NCBI GenBank assembly: GCA_013239625.1
Contig: MU053588.1
Location: 4,058,799-4,122,798 of the forward strand
Direction of reading: 5' to 3'
Source of the DNA: Lama guanicoe
Lineage: Eukaryota
Length of the DNA stretch: 64,000 nucleotides
The notes beneath the pieces were generated by a model, which searched no databases, had not been told where the DNA came from, and saw nothing but the letters and a program-made list of their open reading frames with translations. The position numbers and the translations under genes were made by a program. Positions 1 to 10,424 of this stretch are shown piece after piece; the first letter of the stretch is position 1, and every line of letters begins with the position of its first letter.

Positions 1-213
1 ATTGGGAGTTCGAGATTTTCAAATACTACTATATATAAAATAGATAAACAACAAGGTCCTATTGTATAGCAGAGAGAACTATATTCAGTATCTTGCAGTA
101 ATCTATAATGAAAATATATGTATATATACTTATGACTGAAGCATTATGTTGTACACCAGAAATTGACACAACATTGTAAACTGACTATATGTCGATTTAA
201 GAAAATAATAAAA
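1..213 (+). mobile_element. L1 3' UTR end (young artiodactyl-type), truncated by window start
   Basis: Motifs AACAAGGTCCTATTGTATAGCA and TGTACACCAGAAATTGACACAACATTGTAAACTGACTATA followed by an A-rich tail. Confidence 0.85.
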
Positions 214-229
214 TCACAAAGAAAGGTTG

Positions 230-795
230 TCTGGTGCCCCTTCCCAGTTAATCACAATCCCACATCCCCAGCTGTAGGCAACAACTGATTTACTTTATGT
301 CACTGTAGGTGCGATTCATCTCTTCTTGCATTTCATGCTGATGGAATTCTACAGTGTGTGCTTTCTGTGTCTGGCTTCATCTGTTCATCATGTTTGTGAA
401 CACGTGACAACAGTTTGCTTCTTATTGCTGCGTAGTACTTTGTTGCATGGGTATACCACAGCTTAGTTATTCATTCACCTGTTGATGGACATTTATGGTT
501 GTGGTAAAATATACATAGAAAGTACCATTTTAAGTGTACAGTTCGGTGGCATTAGGTACATTCACTGTTGGGCAACTGTCACCACCACCCATCTCTAGAA
601 CTCTTTTTCATCATCTCAAAGTGAAATTCCATACCCATTAAACAGTCATTCCCTACCCTCCTCTCGCCCAGTCTCTGGCAACCATCATTTTACTTTCTGT
701 CTCTGTGTATTTGACTACTCTAGTCTATCTCATGTAAGTGGAATCATCCACGTAATCCTTTTGTGACTGGCTTGTTTCAGACTTCATCCATCTGA
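230..795 (-). mobile_element. Old L1 (L1M-type) 3' UTR fragments
   Basis: Antisense L1 3' motifs such as GGCAACCACCATTTTACTTTCTGTCTCT and CATTCACCTGTTGATGGACATTT. Confidence 0.7.
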
Positions 796-1005
796 CCAGG
801 ATTTTAAAGCAACCATCATAAATAGTTCATTCTAGCATACAGGATTGGTATGCGAGGTGGAGAAGAGGAGGAAACAACATAAGGTAGACTCAAGGCCCTC
901 AGAATCCAGAACAGCTTCCCACCCATCCTTTCCACCCACTCAGTGCTGCCCCTTCCCAGTGGCTGCTGATCAGAAGATTGAGGTTGTATGTGCTTCATGT
1001 TGTAG

Positions 1006-1149
<144 letters not shown>

Positions 1150-1232
1150 TGACTCAGTGTCAGCCCCTAGGAGTGGCTTTGTATCCTTGGTTTCAAATGT
1201 TTAAGACTTTGGAGCTCTTGAAATGCTTCCCT

Positions 1233-1362
1233 GGGGCGTGGGCATAGCTCAGGGGTGGAGCACATGCCTGGCATGCATGAGGTCCTGGGTTCAATCCCCA
1301 GTACCTCCATTAACAAAATCTTAAAATAAAAACATTTTTTATATTAAAAAAGTTTAAAAAAG
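1233..1362 (+). mobile_element. Vic-1-type tRNA-Ala-derived SINE
   Basis: A box TAGCTCAGGGG, B box GGTTCAATCC, A-rich tail; imperfect TSD TGCTTCCCTG/TGCTTCGCTG. Confidence 0.9.
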
Positions 1363-1434
1363 CAGTGCTTCGCTGAATCTAGGGGCCTGAACTTCCTAAT
1401 TCCTGTGGAATATCTCATCTATACCTTGTCTGTT

Positions 1435-1725
1435 TTTTCAAATTGTATTTGTGATATCTTGGGGTTTAAAATCAGTGGATTACATCAAATTGCATTTAAT
1501 GCAATAGGACAGAAATAGCATAGCTTCTTGTCAGGAACTGCATATAGTGCAACAAAAATTGTGAGTAAAAGACAGGAAAGGAGAAGAGATAGGAGTAGAT
1601 AATGGTTAGGATCAGGTCATTTGATCCCTTGACTCAGTGATGTGCATCTGTGTATTTGCATACTGGGTCACAGCATAAAAGGTGTTTATTACAACAGGTC
1701 ACCATCAGAATTTGGAAAAATGCTA
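1435..1725. mobile_element. hAT-Charlie (MER119-like) DNA transposon relic in KRAB A-B intron
   Basis: TACTGGGTCACAGCATAAAAGGTGTTTATTAC...GGTCACCATCAGAATTTGGAAAAATGCT resembles a Charlie-family end. Confidence 0.45.
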
Positions 1726-1812
1726 CTTAGCCACATGAAGATCGTTACATTGGAATGAAAATTTTTACCTTTAATGCGTTCACCTTATACATGTGCCACT
1801 TCTTTTTCACAG

Positions 1813-1896
1813 GCCATCCATCCTTCAGGTTAGGGTTGATATTACAGGTCGGGAGAGAGGAGAAGCTTTGGGCGATGGAGACAGAAACCCAAGGAG
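1813..1896 (+). CDS. ZNF233: ZNF233 KRAB-B exon; 3' end uncertain (in-frame donors after 1896 or 1923; canonical site after 1908 lacks GT)
   Basis: TTTTCACAG acceptor; encodes GHPSFRLGLILQVGREEKLWAMETETQG(GGCS). Confidence 0.7.
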
Positions 1897-2039
1897 GTGG
1901 GTGTTCAAGAGAGAACTGTGCAGGTGTGAGTCCTTGCAGCTCACAGAGTGGACCATGAGGCAGTGTGATGAAAGAATTATTTCAGAACACTGGTTATCTC
2001 CTGTTGGATGTCTAGCCTGATTTTAATTTCTGTGCTGCT

Positions 2040-2683
2040 TGTATTTGCCATCTATTGCCGAAGGGCAAATTACTCTTAAACCTAGCAGCTTTAAACTACA
2101 GGCATTAGGCCGCTCTCACCTTCTGAGATGGACTGCATTCTACCTACGGAATGTGTAGCTCTCTAAGTAAACTCGCTTTCACCTAAAAACAGAGTACAGG
2201 CGTCCCGGATTCTGTGAGTCAGGAACCTGAGGGCAGTTCAGCTGGAGGGGGGTCCTGGCTCAGGGTCTCGGGGAGCAGTTGTCAGGGAGGTGGCCAGGAC
2301 TGCAGTTCTCTAAAGGCTTAATGGGCCTGAAGGATCTGCTTCCAAGAAGGGCTCATTCCCAGGGTTATTGACAGAAGGCCCCAGTCCTTCCCCGGCTGTT
2401 GGCAGGAGGCCTCAGTTCCTTGCCACGTGGGCATCTCCCTGGGGCTGCCTGAGTGTCCTCAAAACATGGCAGCTGGTTTCCCCAAGCTAATTGCACCCAA
2501 GGGAGTGGGAGGCAGAGACCACAAGGTCTTTTGTGACATAACCTTGGAAGTGATACACCATCATTTCTGCCATATTCCATTGGCTTCGCAGAACAATACT
2601 GAAACATTGTGGAGGGGACTTCAGTAGGGTGTGGGTATCAGGAGGGAGGGATCCCTGGGGACTGCCTTGTCTGCTGGCTGCAC
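2040..2683 (-). mobile_element. MaLR LTR (MLT1E/F-like)
   Basis: Typical antisense MLT1 blocks: GGAGGCCTCAGTTCCTTGCCACGTGGGC, CATGGCAGCTGGTTTCCCC, CATCATTTCTGCCATATTCCATTGG. Confidence 0.8.
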
Positions 2684-3311
2684 AGTACCTTTTGGTATTT
2701 GCAGACGGATGTCTGCAGGACCTGGAAGATAATTCAGTCTTGTCAAAAAATTCAGCTGAATTAAGTGGCAATAATTATCATAGGATTTTTACTCCAATAG
2801 GATGTATCAGTTATGGGAGTAAGTTTTCTGGGTTTTTTTTTTTCAGTTATAGTGTTCACTAGTCGAATATTATATTTTAGGACATCATTGAATCAAGGGA
2901 AATTTTCTCAGATCTAGCCTGTGTATAACAAGTGTGTTTAATGGCTAAATTAAGTAAACAAGTTTACCATCTCGGGTTCATCATCAGAACAGAGGAGATA
3001 TTTCCCTTTGCCAATATATTCTTTTCACTTTTGCTGAGAACATCCCCTGCTCTGTAGCCTTGTGTTTCTAATTTTGACCTCGTTCGTAAGTCTCCATATA
3101 TTAGTTCTCAGTGAGTCTCATTAACACTTAGTGGATGGGAGCCTGCTTATCACCTCTTTGTTTCCCTAGGCATGAAAAAACTAAGATAGATTCCAGCTGA
3201 ACTCAGCGCTGATTGAATAGAATCTCCCAATTGGGCCAACTTGTTAAATATTTTTATCCTTGAACATTCATTGTCCTCACTTCCATCTCTGAATTCTCTT
3301 TGTCCTTCCAG

Positions 3312-5155
3312 GACACAGGAATCCAAATGAACTAGAGATTCTTCAAGAAGGTGGATTAAGATACCTTTTACATGAAGACCTTATGGGCTGGCAGATATGG
3401 GAACAATTTATAAGTAAACTACCCAGAACTCAAGACCCGATAATAAATCTGCAAGGTAGGAAATCCAAGTTGCCAGAACAAGGTGATGCCTCCTGTCAGA
3501 TATGGGCAGGAGAATCTACTCAGGTTCCTGAAGATGGGAACTGTGTAACAGAGCCTCAAGGGGAGAGTTCCAGCAGTATCAAAAATCAAGAATTTCCAAC
3601 TCAGCCCTCCTGGGATTTCTGGAAGAAAATGTACCTGAGAGAGTCACAGAATTATCAGAGGAGGAATCAGCAAATTGACATAAAAAATAAGACGGGTAAG
3701 TGTGGTCATTGTATTATGAGAAGGATCCCTGCTCAGCATGGTGACCAGGAAGTACACAAAAGTGGGGAGGCTTGTAGCCACAATAATCATGGAAAAGACT
3801 GCACAGAGAACTCATCCCAGCATAGTATGATCCACCCAGGAGAGCAGACCTCTGATGAGAGTGGAAAAGCCTTCAGCCTTGACTCTGATCTTGAATTCCA
3901 TCAGCAACTGCCCCAAGGAGAGAAGCCCTGTGTGTGCAGTGAGTGTAGGAAGGGCACGAGTTCTAGCCCAGTGTTTCACATCCATCCGAGTGTTCACACA
4001 GGGGAGAGATGCAGTAGGAGTGATGAGTGTGGTATGGATCAGAGAGCCAGCACAGACGAGAAACGCTTCCACTGTCAGGTGCATGCTGAGAGCTTCTGTC
4101 AGAACTCCTCCCTTCCCACCTGGGAGCCCGATCACCCAGGGGAGCATCGGTATGTGCGTGGCAGGCATGGGAGGGCCGCCAGTCACAGCTTCAACCTTAA
4201 CAGTCACTGCATAGCCAACACTGGAGGGAAATCCCGGAAACGTGAGCAGTGTGATACAGGCCTCAGTCAGACATCACAACCTCAAGGTCATCAGAGAGCC
4301 CAACCCAGAGACAAAACATACAAAAAGGCATGTGACAGGATATCCAATCAGAACTCTGTTCCTCAGCGGAGAGTTCACACTGGAGAGAAACTGTATCAAT
4401 GCAAGGTGTGTGGGAAGGACTTCAGTAAGGCCTCAAACCTCCAGGCCCATCAGAGGATCCATACCGGGGAGAAACCATACAAATGTGATGTATGTGATAA
4501 GAACTTCAGCCGGAATTCCCACCTCCAGGCCCATCAGAGAGTCCACACTGGAGAAAAACCCTATAGATGTGACATGTGTGGCAAGGACTTCAGTCAGATC
4601 TCCCATCTCCAGGCCCACCAGAGAGTCCACACCGGAGAGAAGCCCTACAAGTGTGAGACATGCGGGAAGGGCTTCAGTCAGAGCTCACATGTGCAAGACC
4701 ACCAGAGGGTCCACACCGGAGAGAAGCCCTACACGTGTGACGTGTGTGGGAAGGGTTTCAGCTGGAGTTCACACCTTCAGGCCCATCAGAGAGTTCATAC
4801 TGGGGAGAAACCCTACAGGTGTGAAGCATGTGGGAAAGGCTTCATCTGGAACTCCTACCTTCATGTCCATCAGAGGATCCACACGGGAGAGAAACCCTAC
4901 AAGTGTGGCATGTGTGGGAGGAGCTTCAGTCAGACCTCACATCTTCAGGCCCATCGGAGGGTCCACACAGGCGAGAAACCCTACAGATGTATTGATTGTG
5001 GTCAAGGCTTTAGCAAGCGATCCTGTCTTCAAGTTCATCAGAGAGTCCATAATGGTGGTCAGCCCAGTTCACTTGCCAAGTGTGAGAAGAGTGTTCTTCA
5101 GACTGCAGACTTCCCATTTCCATCAGAAAACCCGCACAGCTGGGGCTATTTATAA
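3312..5155 (+). CDS. ZNF233: ZNF233 spacer plus C2H2 finger exon (8 intact fingers after several degenerate ones)
   Basis: CCTTCCAG acceptor, phase 1, continuous with ORF 3383-5155; finger helices KASN, RNSH, QISH, QSSH, WSSH, WNSY, QTSH match human ZNF233 as I recall it; syntenic order ZNF233(+), ZNF235(-), ZNF112(-). Confidence 0.92.
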
Positions 5156-5415
5156 AATGTTGTGTTTTCAGAATTCAGGAGTGAGCTGCATTTTTTACAG
5201 TCATTCCATCGAAGGAAACCTATCGGTTGTATGAACATGGCCAGTGTTCCCCACAGAGCCCCAAACTTCACAATTCTCAAAGAGAATGCACAACAGAGAA
5301 ACCTGGTCAGAATGGTACAGTTTGAGTTTCAGTCCAAACCTTCATACTCAGTAGGATCCACACCAGGAGAGGCTGCCAGAATGATACAGGGTCAGGATGT
5401 CAACAAAAGTAATGA

Positions 5416-5541
5416 TGGGGGAGGGGCGGATATGGTACAGCTCAGTGGTAGAGTGCGTGCTTAGCATGCGCTAGGTCCTGGGTTCAATCCCCAGTACTTC
5501 CACTAAAAATACCTAATTATCTCCCGTCACCAAAACCAAAA
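5416..5541 (+). mobile_element. Vic-1-type SINE in ZNF233 3' UTR
   Basis: CAGCTCAGTGGTAGAGTGCGTGCTTAGCATGCGCTAGGTCCTGGGTTCAATCCCCAGTAC plus CCTAATTATCTCCC tail. Confidence 0.9.
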
Positions 5542-5567
5542 TGACAGATGTGGCAAAATCCACAGCC

Positions 5568-5673
5568 ACTAGAGTGTCAGCTCCATAGGGGCAGAGGGTT
5601 TGTTTACTGCTGTGTGACATGACTCGGAACCAGTGCCTGATGTACAAGGTGCCCAGAAATTGTCCAGCATGAA
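5568..5673 (+). mobile_element. L2 3' end in ZNF233 3' UTR
   Basis: CTAGAGTGTCAGCTCCATAGGGGCAGAGG...TGTTTACTGCTGT...CAGTGCCTG matches the L2 terminus. Confidence 0.75.
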
Positions 5674-7524
5674 GGAGAGGAAAGCTATTACAAGGAAGAC
5701 AAACAGTTGAACATCTCAGTGAGCTCAGCCCCAATTAGTCCAAGTAAATTGTCCTGGGAGAAAGATTCCTGGAAGAAGCCTTCAAAGTAAATTCAAGGAA
5801 ATGATCATTTAGTAAAAATAAGTCAAATCGAACAGTCTGCAATTTGAATGTTAGATTTTTGCCGCTGGCTCCTGTCCTCAGCCTCACCTTTCAAACAGTA
5901 AAGGGCTAAAGTATTTAATCTCATCATTTAAGACTTTCTCTGTACCGGGTACCATCAGTTGTGTCCAGCGTAAGTTTCACTGTTTTTCTTTCCTTGGGTC
6001 TTTGGTGACAAGAACAGACTGGGAAAAAAAAAATGAAAAACTCATTTTTAATTCCATCAAGCTTCATGAGCAAGAGGTGTGCAAAAAAGGGGGAACATAT
6101 TAGAGCATGCATTTTTTTATTCTTATTTTTTATTGAAGTGTAAGTGTAGTTGACTTGCAACAGAGCATGCATTTTGGATGTCGAACTAAGCTATTAAGGG
6201 CCAGGGCATTTTGTACACCACTACCCCCTTACTTCTCAGATGCATCAGGAGTTTTCAAGATGGTTAAAATGGTTTTTGCTTGGTTGAACGGTGTACTCAG
6301 GTGTCTATTTCCTGGAGGTAGGGGATGGTTTCCCACAGTTTCTTCTGGACCTCACCTTCCAGGACACTGGAGCCCTAAGTCCCACGCTATCTCAAGTTTC
6401 ATGGTTCCATTGGAAATCCAGGGCCAGTACCAGACCCTGGGGGTGACTACTGGAGGTTACGGTTGTTTCTGTCTATTAGGACGTTTTCAGTTGTGAGAAA
6501 TGGGAAAGCCAACTCAAACCAGCGAGACAAAGAGGAGGCTCACTCCTTTAAAATTCTTGTCAGCAAATCGCCACATCTCAGTTACCTTGGTGTGTCTGTT
6601 CACTGCCTTTTCTCTTTCAAGTTCTGATTGTTCTGGTCTTCGTATGATGGGTGGGTTTTTCTGGTTTTGGTTTTGGTTTCTGTTTTATTGTATCCTGGAT
6701 ATTTAGGTTGTAAGACTTTGGGTCCCATTTAATCTTTTTGAGCAGGAAGTCACCCATTTGGGTGTAGTCGACAGGTCCAAGTGGGGGTGGAAGTTCCTTC
6801 CCTCTGGGCCCTTTTAATACAGTGTGTGTGGCGGAGGTAGGAGGGGTGCATGTGGCAGGTGGGGGTGGGTGGCAGAGAGCCAGCTGCCACCATCTCCTTG
6901 CTGCTGGGAGAGGCTGTCCCTGTTCAGCTGTCCCCACTCAGCCTCCTGACACTAGTCTGGTGGGGGGAATTAGAGCGTGGCCTGGGCCAGCCTCATTTCT
7001 GTGAGTGGTGGGGGTGAGGTGAGGAGGGGAATTGAGCCCCACTGACACCGTCTGGCTGGGGAGGGGCAGGCAGACCCAATATTATGGACTCTTCTGTCAT
7101 ACTTGCCTTCTCCTGTTCCAAAAAGGATAGTTCAGTCAATTGCAGAGGAGTAAGATTTTCTTTCTTGCTTAAACACCTTGTCCATTTTCAGAATAGACAT
7201 GTCTCTTATGAAGGGAGCTTAACATCCACGGCAGGACACTGCAAGATCCCCATTGTTACCGTGTTTAAGCCTCAGTGAGGTAAGTGATACTGTTCCTATC
7301 GTAACATGAGGAAGGGTTAAAACCATTGCCCTAGTTCACACAAGTAGCACAGTTTGAACAGGTCTGCAAAATTCCAGATTTTAATTCTTAATTATGAAAG
7401 ATTTCCAAAATAGTCAAAAAGAGAAAACACAATGGACCCCCAAATGTTCATCACCCAAATTTAACAGTGATCAAGATTTTGCGACATTTGCTTGATCTAT
7501 CTCCTTTCCCTCTTTAAAAATTTT

Positions 7525-7703
7525 TTTGTTTTTTTTTTATTGAATGATTTATTTTATTTATTATTGAAGTGTAGTCAGTTTACAATGTGGGGTCAATTTC
7601 TGGCATATTCTTAGATATGTTCCTTTTCATATTCTTTTTCATTATAGGTTACTACAAGATACTGAATATAGTTCCCAGTGCTACACACTAGAAATCTGTT
7701 GCT
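7525..7703 (-). mobile_element. Young L1 3' end
   Basis: Poly-T then ATTGAAGTGTAGTCAGTTTACAATGTG and ATAGGTTACTACAAGATACTGAATATAGTTCCC. Confidence 0.8.
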
Positions 7704-7969
7704 TCCTTTTTCTGCTTTATCTTACATGCTGAAATAATTTAAAGCAAACCCCGATCTGTCATTTTACACTTAGCTATTTCAATAAGCATCTCTTAAATAT
7801 GGACTATTTGTTACAAAACCAGAGAGCCATTATCAGACCTAACACACACATTTAACAGTTACATTTCTGTGATTAACAATCACATTTCTATGATTTCTTC
7901 AAGTTTCAACTAACAGTTTATTTAGTCTGTAAGTATAAATTTCTTTTTCTTTTCTTTCTTTCCTTTTTT

Positions 7970-8470
7970 TTTTTTGGTATTGTCCTAATTTTGGTATCAG
8001 AGTAATATTGGCTTCTGTTTTCTGGAAGAGATTGTGCATAATTGGTACTGATTCTTTAAATGTTTAGTAAAATTCTCCAGTGAAACCATCTGGCCTCAGA
8101 GGTTTCTTTTTTGGAAGCTTTTAACTTATGGATTAAATTTTTTCTGTAGTTACAGGGCTATTCAGATTATTGCATATTGTGTGAATTTGGGTGGTCTGGT
8201 TTTCAAAGAATTGGTCTGCTTAATTTAAGTTGTTGAATTTACCTGGATAGAGTTGTTCATAGAAATCCTTTATTAAATTTTTATTGGCTGCAACATCTAT
8301 AATTGTTTTATTTTTTAAAAAATTTTGGTGGGGAGGTAATTAGATTTGTTTGTTTATGATGGAGGTACTGGGGATTGAACCCAGGACCTTGTGCATGCTG
8401 AGCACACACTTTACCACTGAGCTATACCTTACCCCACAACATCTGTAATTGTATCTCCCATTTTATTCTT
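7970..8470 (-). mobile_element. Old L1 ORF2 fragment (interrupted by SINE)
   Basis: TTTTGGTATCAGAGTAATATTGGC and AATTCTCCAGTGAAACCATCTGG are antisense L1 ORF2 motifs. Confidence 0.7.
8307..8436 (-). mobile_element. Vic-1-type SINE with TSD
   Basis: Reverse-complement SINE flanked by CAACATCTATAATTGT (8291-8306) and CAACATCTGTAATTGT (8437-8452). Confidence 0.93.
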
Positions 8471-8830
8471 GATACTGGGAAGGTTGTGTCCTGGAGGCAG
8501 CATCCAGTGGGGGAAGGGCAAGAGGAACACATTCCAAGGACGGGTCGGGGATGAGGAGCCTCTTAACTGTCCAAGTCCAGCTCATGGGTTAACCAGTGGT
8601 CACATCCTTTCAATGACCTCCCCCAGCATAGCCCCTCCCCAGCATGGCCCCTCCTTTTTACAAGGAGGCCTTCTTCCCTGTAGTGGAGAATGGTATTTAG
8701 AAGCCAAAATACGGGTACTAAGTTGCTCATTACTTTAGAGATTCACAGCTCCCACACTCTCTTATGTCCCAGAACTGGAGGGGACATTTGTGTTTATACA
8801 CACACGTTTATATTTTCTATATTTTTTATA

Positions 8831-9060
8831 CAGTTGACCCTTGAACAACACAGGTTTGGACTGCATGAGTCCACTTATATGTGGATTTTTTTCCAATAGT
8901 AAATAGTTAATACACAATCCACAATTGGTGGCATCCACAGATGCAGAGCATCAGATGTGGAGGAACCTTGGGTATGGAGGGCCAACTATAAGTTACACTC
9001 AGATTTTTAACTGAGTGGAGTGTTGGTGCCCCAACCCCCAGGTTGTTCAAGGGCCAACTG
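8831..9060. mobile_element. Tigger2-family non-autonomous DNA transposon
   Basis: TIRs CAGTTGACCCTTGAACAAC / GTTGTTCAAGGGCCAACTG with TA on both sides. Confidence 0.92.
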
Positions 9061-9329
9061 TACGTATTGAAAAGCATATATTGACACCGGTACCACCAAT
9101 TCTAACCCCAAACCACAAGTTGCATTCTGTTTTCTCCCTTCCCAGTGAAGAGCTCTTACGCCTAAAGAATTCATTGTGTTGTTTTAAGCCAAGTTTGCAC
9201 TAATCTCCTACAGCCGCCATTAGAAACTAATCTACTCTTCTACTGTCCTTTCTTGATTCCTTGAGAATCCGCCCTGCTCTCCCTGTGCCCCTGGCTCCTC
9301 TGTACTTGTCTTTAGAGCAGTTCCATGCC

Positions 9330-9460
9330 GAGGTGAAGAGCACAGGCTCTTGAGTCAGAGCTGGGTTCAGGTCCAGCCTCTGCCCCTTGCCAGCTCTGGG
9401 ACATGGGGAATGTAATCTCATTGAACCTCAGCCTTCCTGTCTGTCAAATGGGAGCATCAG
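9330..9460 (+). mobile_element. MIR SINE
   Basis: GAGCACAGGCTCTTGAGTCAGAGCTGGGTTCAGG...CCTCAGCCTTCCTGTCTGTCAAATGGG. Confidence 0.75.
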
Positions 9461-10360
9461 TCCTCCTGACCATCACTGTTTATTGAGAACTTATCTAATA
9501 TGCCAGGCTCTGAACCACAGCCTTAGATAAATAAGCTCACAAAATCTCCAAAACCACTCTACAGCTTGGGTTCTGTCACCAATGCTGAAGCATTGTTAAA
9601 CGATACAGAGACTCACCATGTTTTTTTAACAGGACTAATTAAGAAACGTGGAAGCAGGATGTGCTGTTGAGCCGTTTCTGGCTTCAGGATGAAAATTCAG
9701 CAGCAATGATTCCTTTTTATAAAACACACACGAACGTCAAAAAATTACTAGGCAACAAAGAAGTAAAGCTGCCAGCCAGAATTTCACACTTTTCAGAGAT
9801 AACAGTATGACGATGGGGTGTCTGACAAGCACGTTGGCAAAGATGGCTTTATGAGGCCGAGTAGCATCTGCTTCTGTGTAGCTGCCAAGAAGTGGGACTC
9901 TCCCCCGAGTAGAGTTTCAACAGCTTGTCAGCCGCCCACGCGTTTAATCCTCTCAACTGTCCTGTGAGGTGGGAACTACTGGAATCTTCAAATTGCAGAT
10001 GACAGTTAACTTAAAGCAAAGTTAATTGACCAGTGAGTGGCATCACGATGATTTTTCACTTGGGCATTTTGGCCCCAGCATGAGAATACATGCCACCGCC
10101 TCCCCTGCCCGTTTCCCAGGGCAGAGTGGCTGGCCTGGCTGCTCTGTGGAACAGCTGCTGGCATTGTTAACACAGTTGTGTGGCTGGTGCTCGTCCAAGG
10201 CAGACCAGTGACAGCTGGACTCCAGCCCACACTCTGCTCACTAAGCGCAGGGGGCTGTGTCTGCTTGGTGAGAGGGGCACCCTTCTCTGATTTCCACAAA
10301 GATGCCAAACAGGCTAGGGAGTCCCTGCCTTTTTCTCATGACTTCTTTTCCTTCCTCCAG

Positions 10361-10424
10361 TTCTGTCTTCTCGCGTGACTCTGCCCTTCCCCAGAAAAAG
10401 GAGGAGAGGATGACTGAGTTCCAG
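10361..10424 (+). pseudogene. Orphan KZNF start exon (ATG 10410, MTEFQ) with intact splice sites; no downstream KRAB exon found on +
   Basis: Polypyrimidine tract + CAG, 64-bp exon ending ATGACTGAGTTCCAG|GTGAGT; homologous to ZNF235 exon 2 (ATGACCAAGTTCCAG|GTAAGT). Confidence 0.85.

Noticed and set aside
4370..5050. Regular 84-nt repeats resembling a CRISPR or tandem array (also 22790-24030 and 60020-61100)
   Set aside because: This is the periodicity of C2H2 finger/TGEKPY linker codons in eukaryotic genes
4242..5234. 330-aa alternative-frame ORF over ZNF233 (similarly 22668-23273 and 60432-61250)
   Set aside because: The +1 frame of finger arrays is intrinsically stop-poor; the 4242 ORF starts at GTG; no independent evidence of translation
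9211..9222. YY1-like GCCGCCATT as the promoter of the orphan exon
   Set aside because: It lies within an MLT1 3' terminal fragment (TGTGTTGTTTTAAGCC...AGAAACTAAT) and has no CpG island
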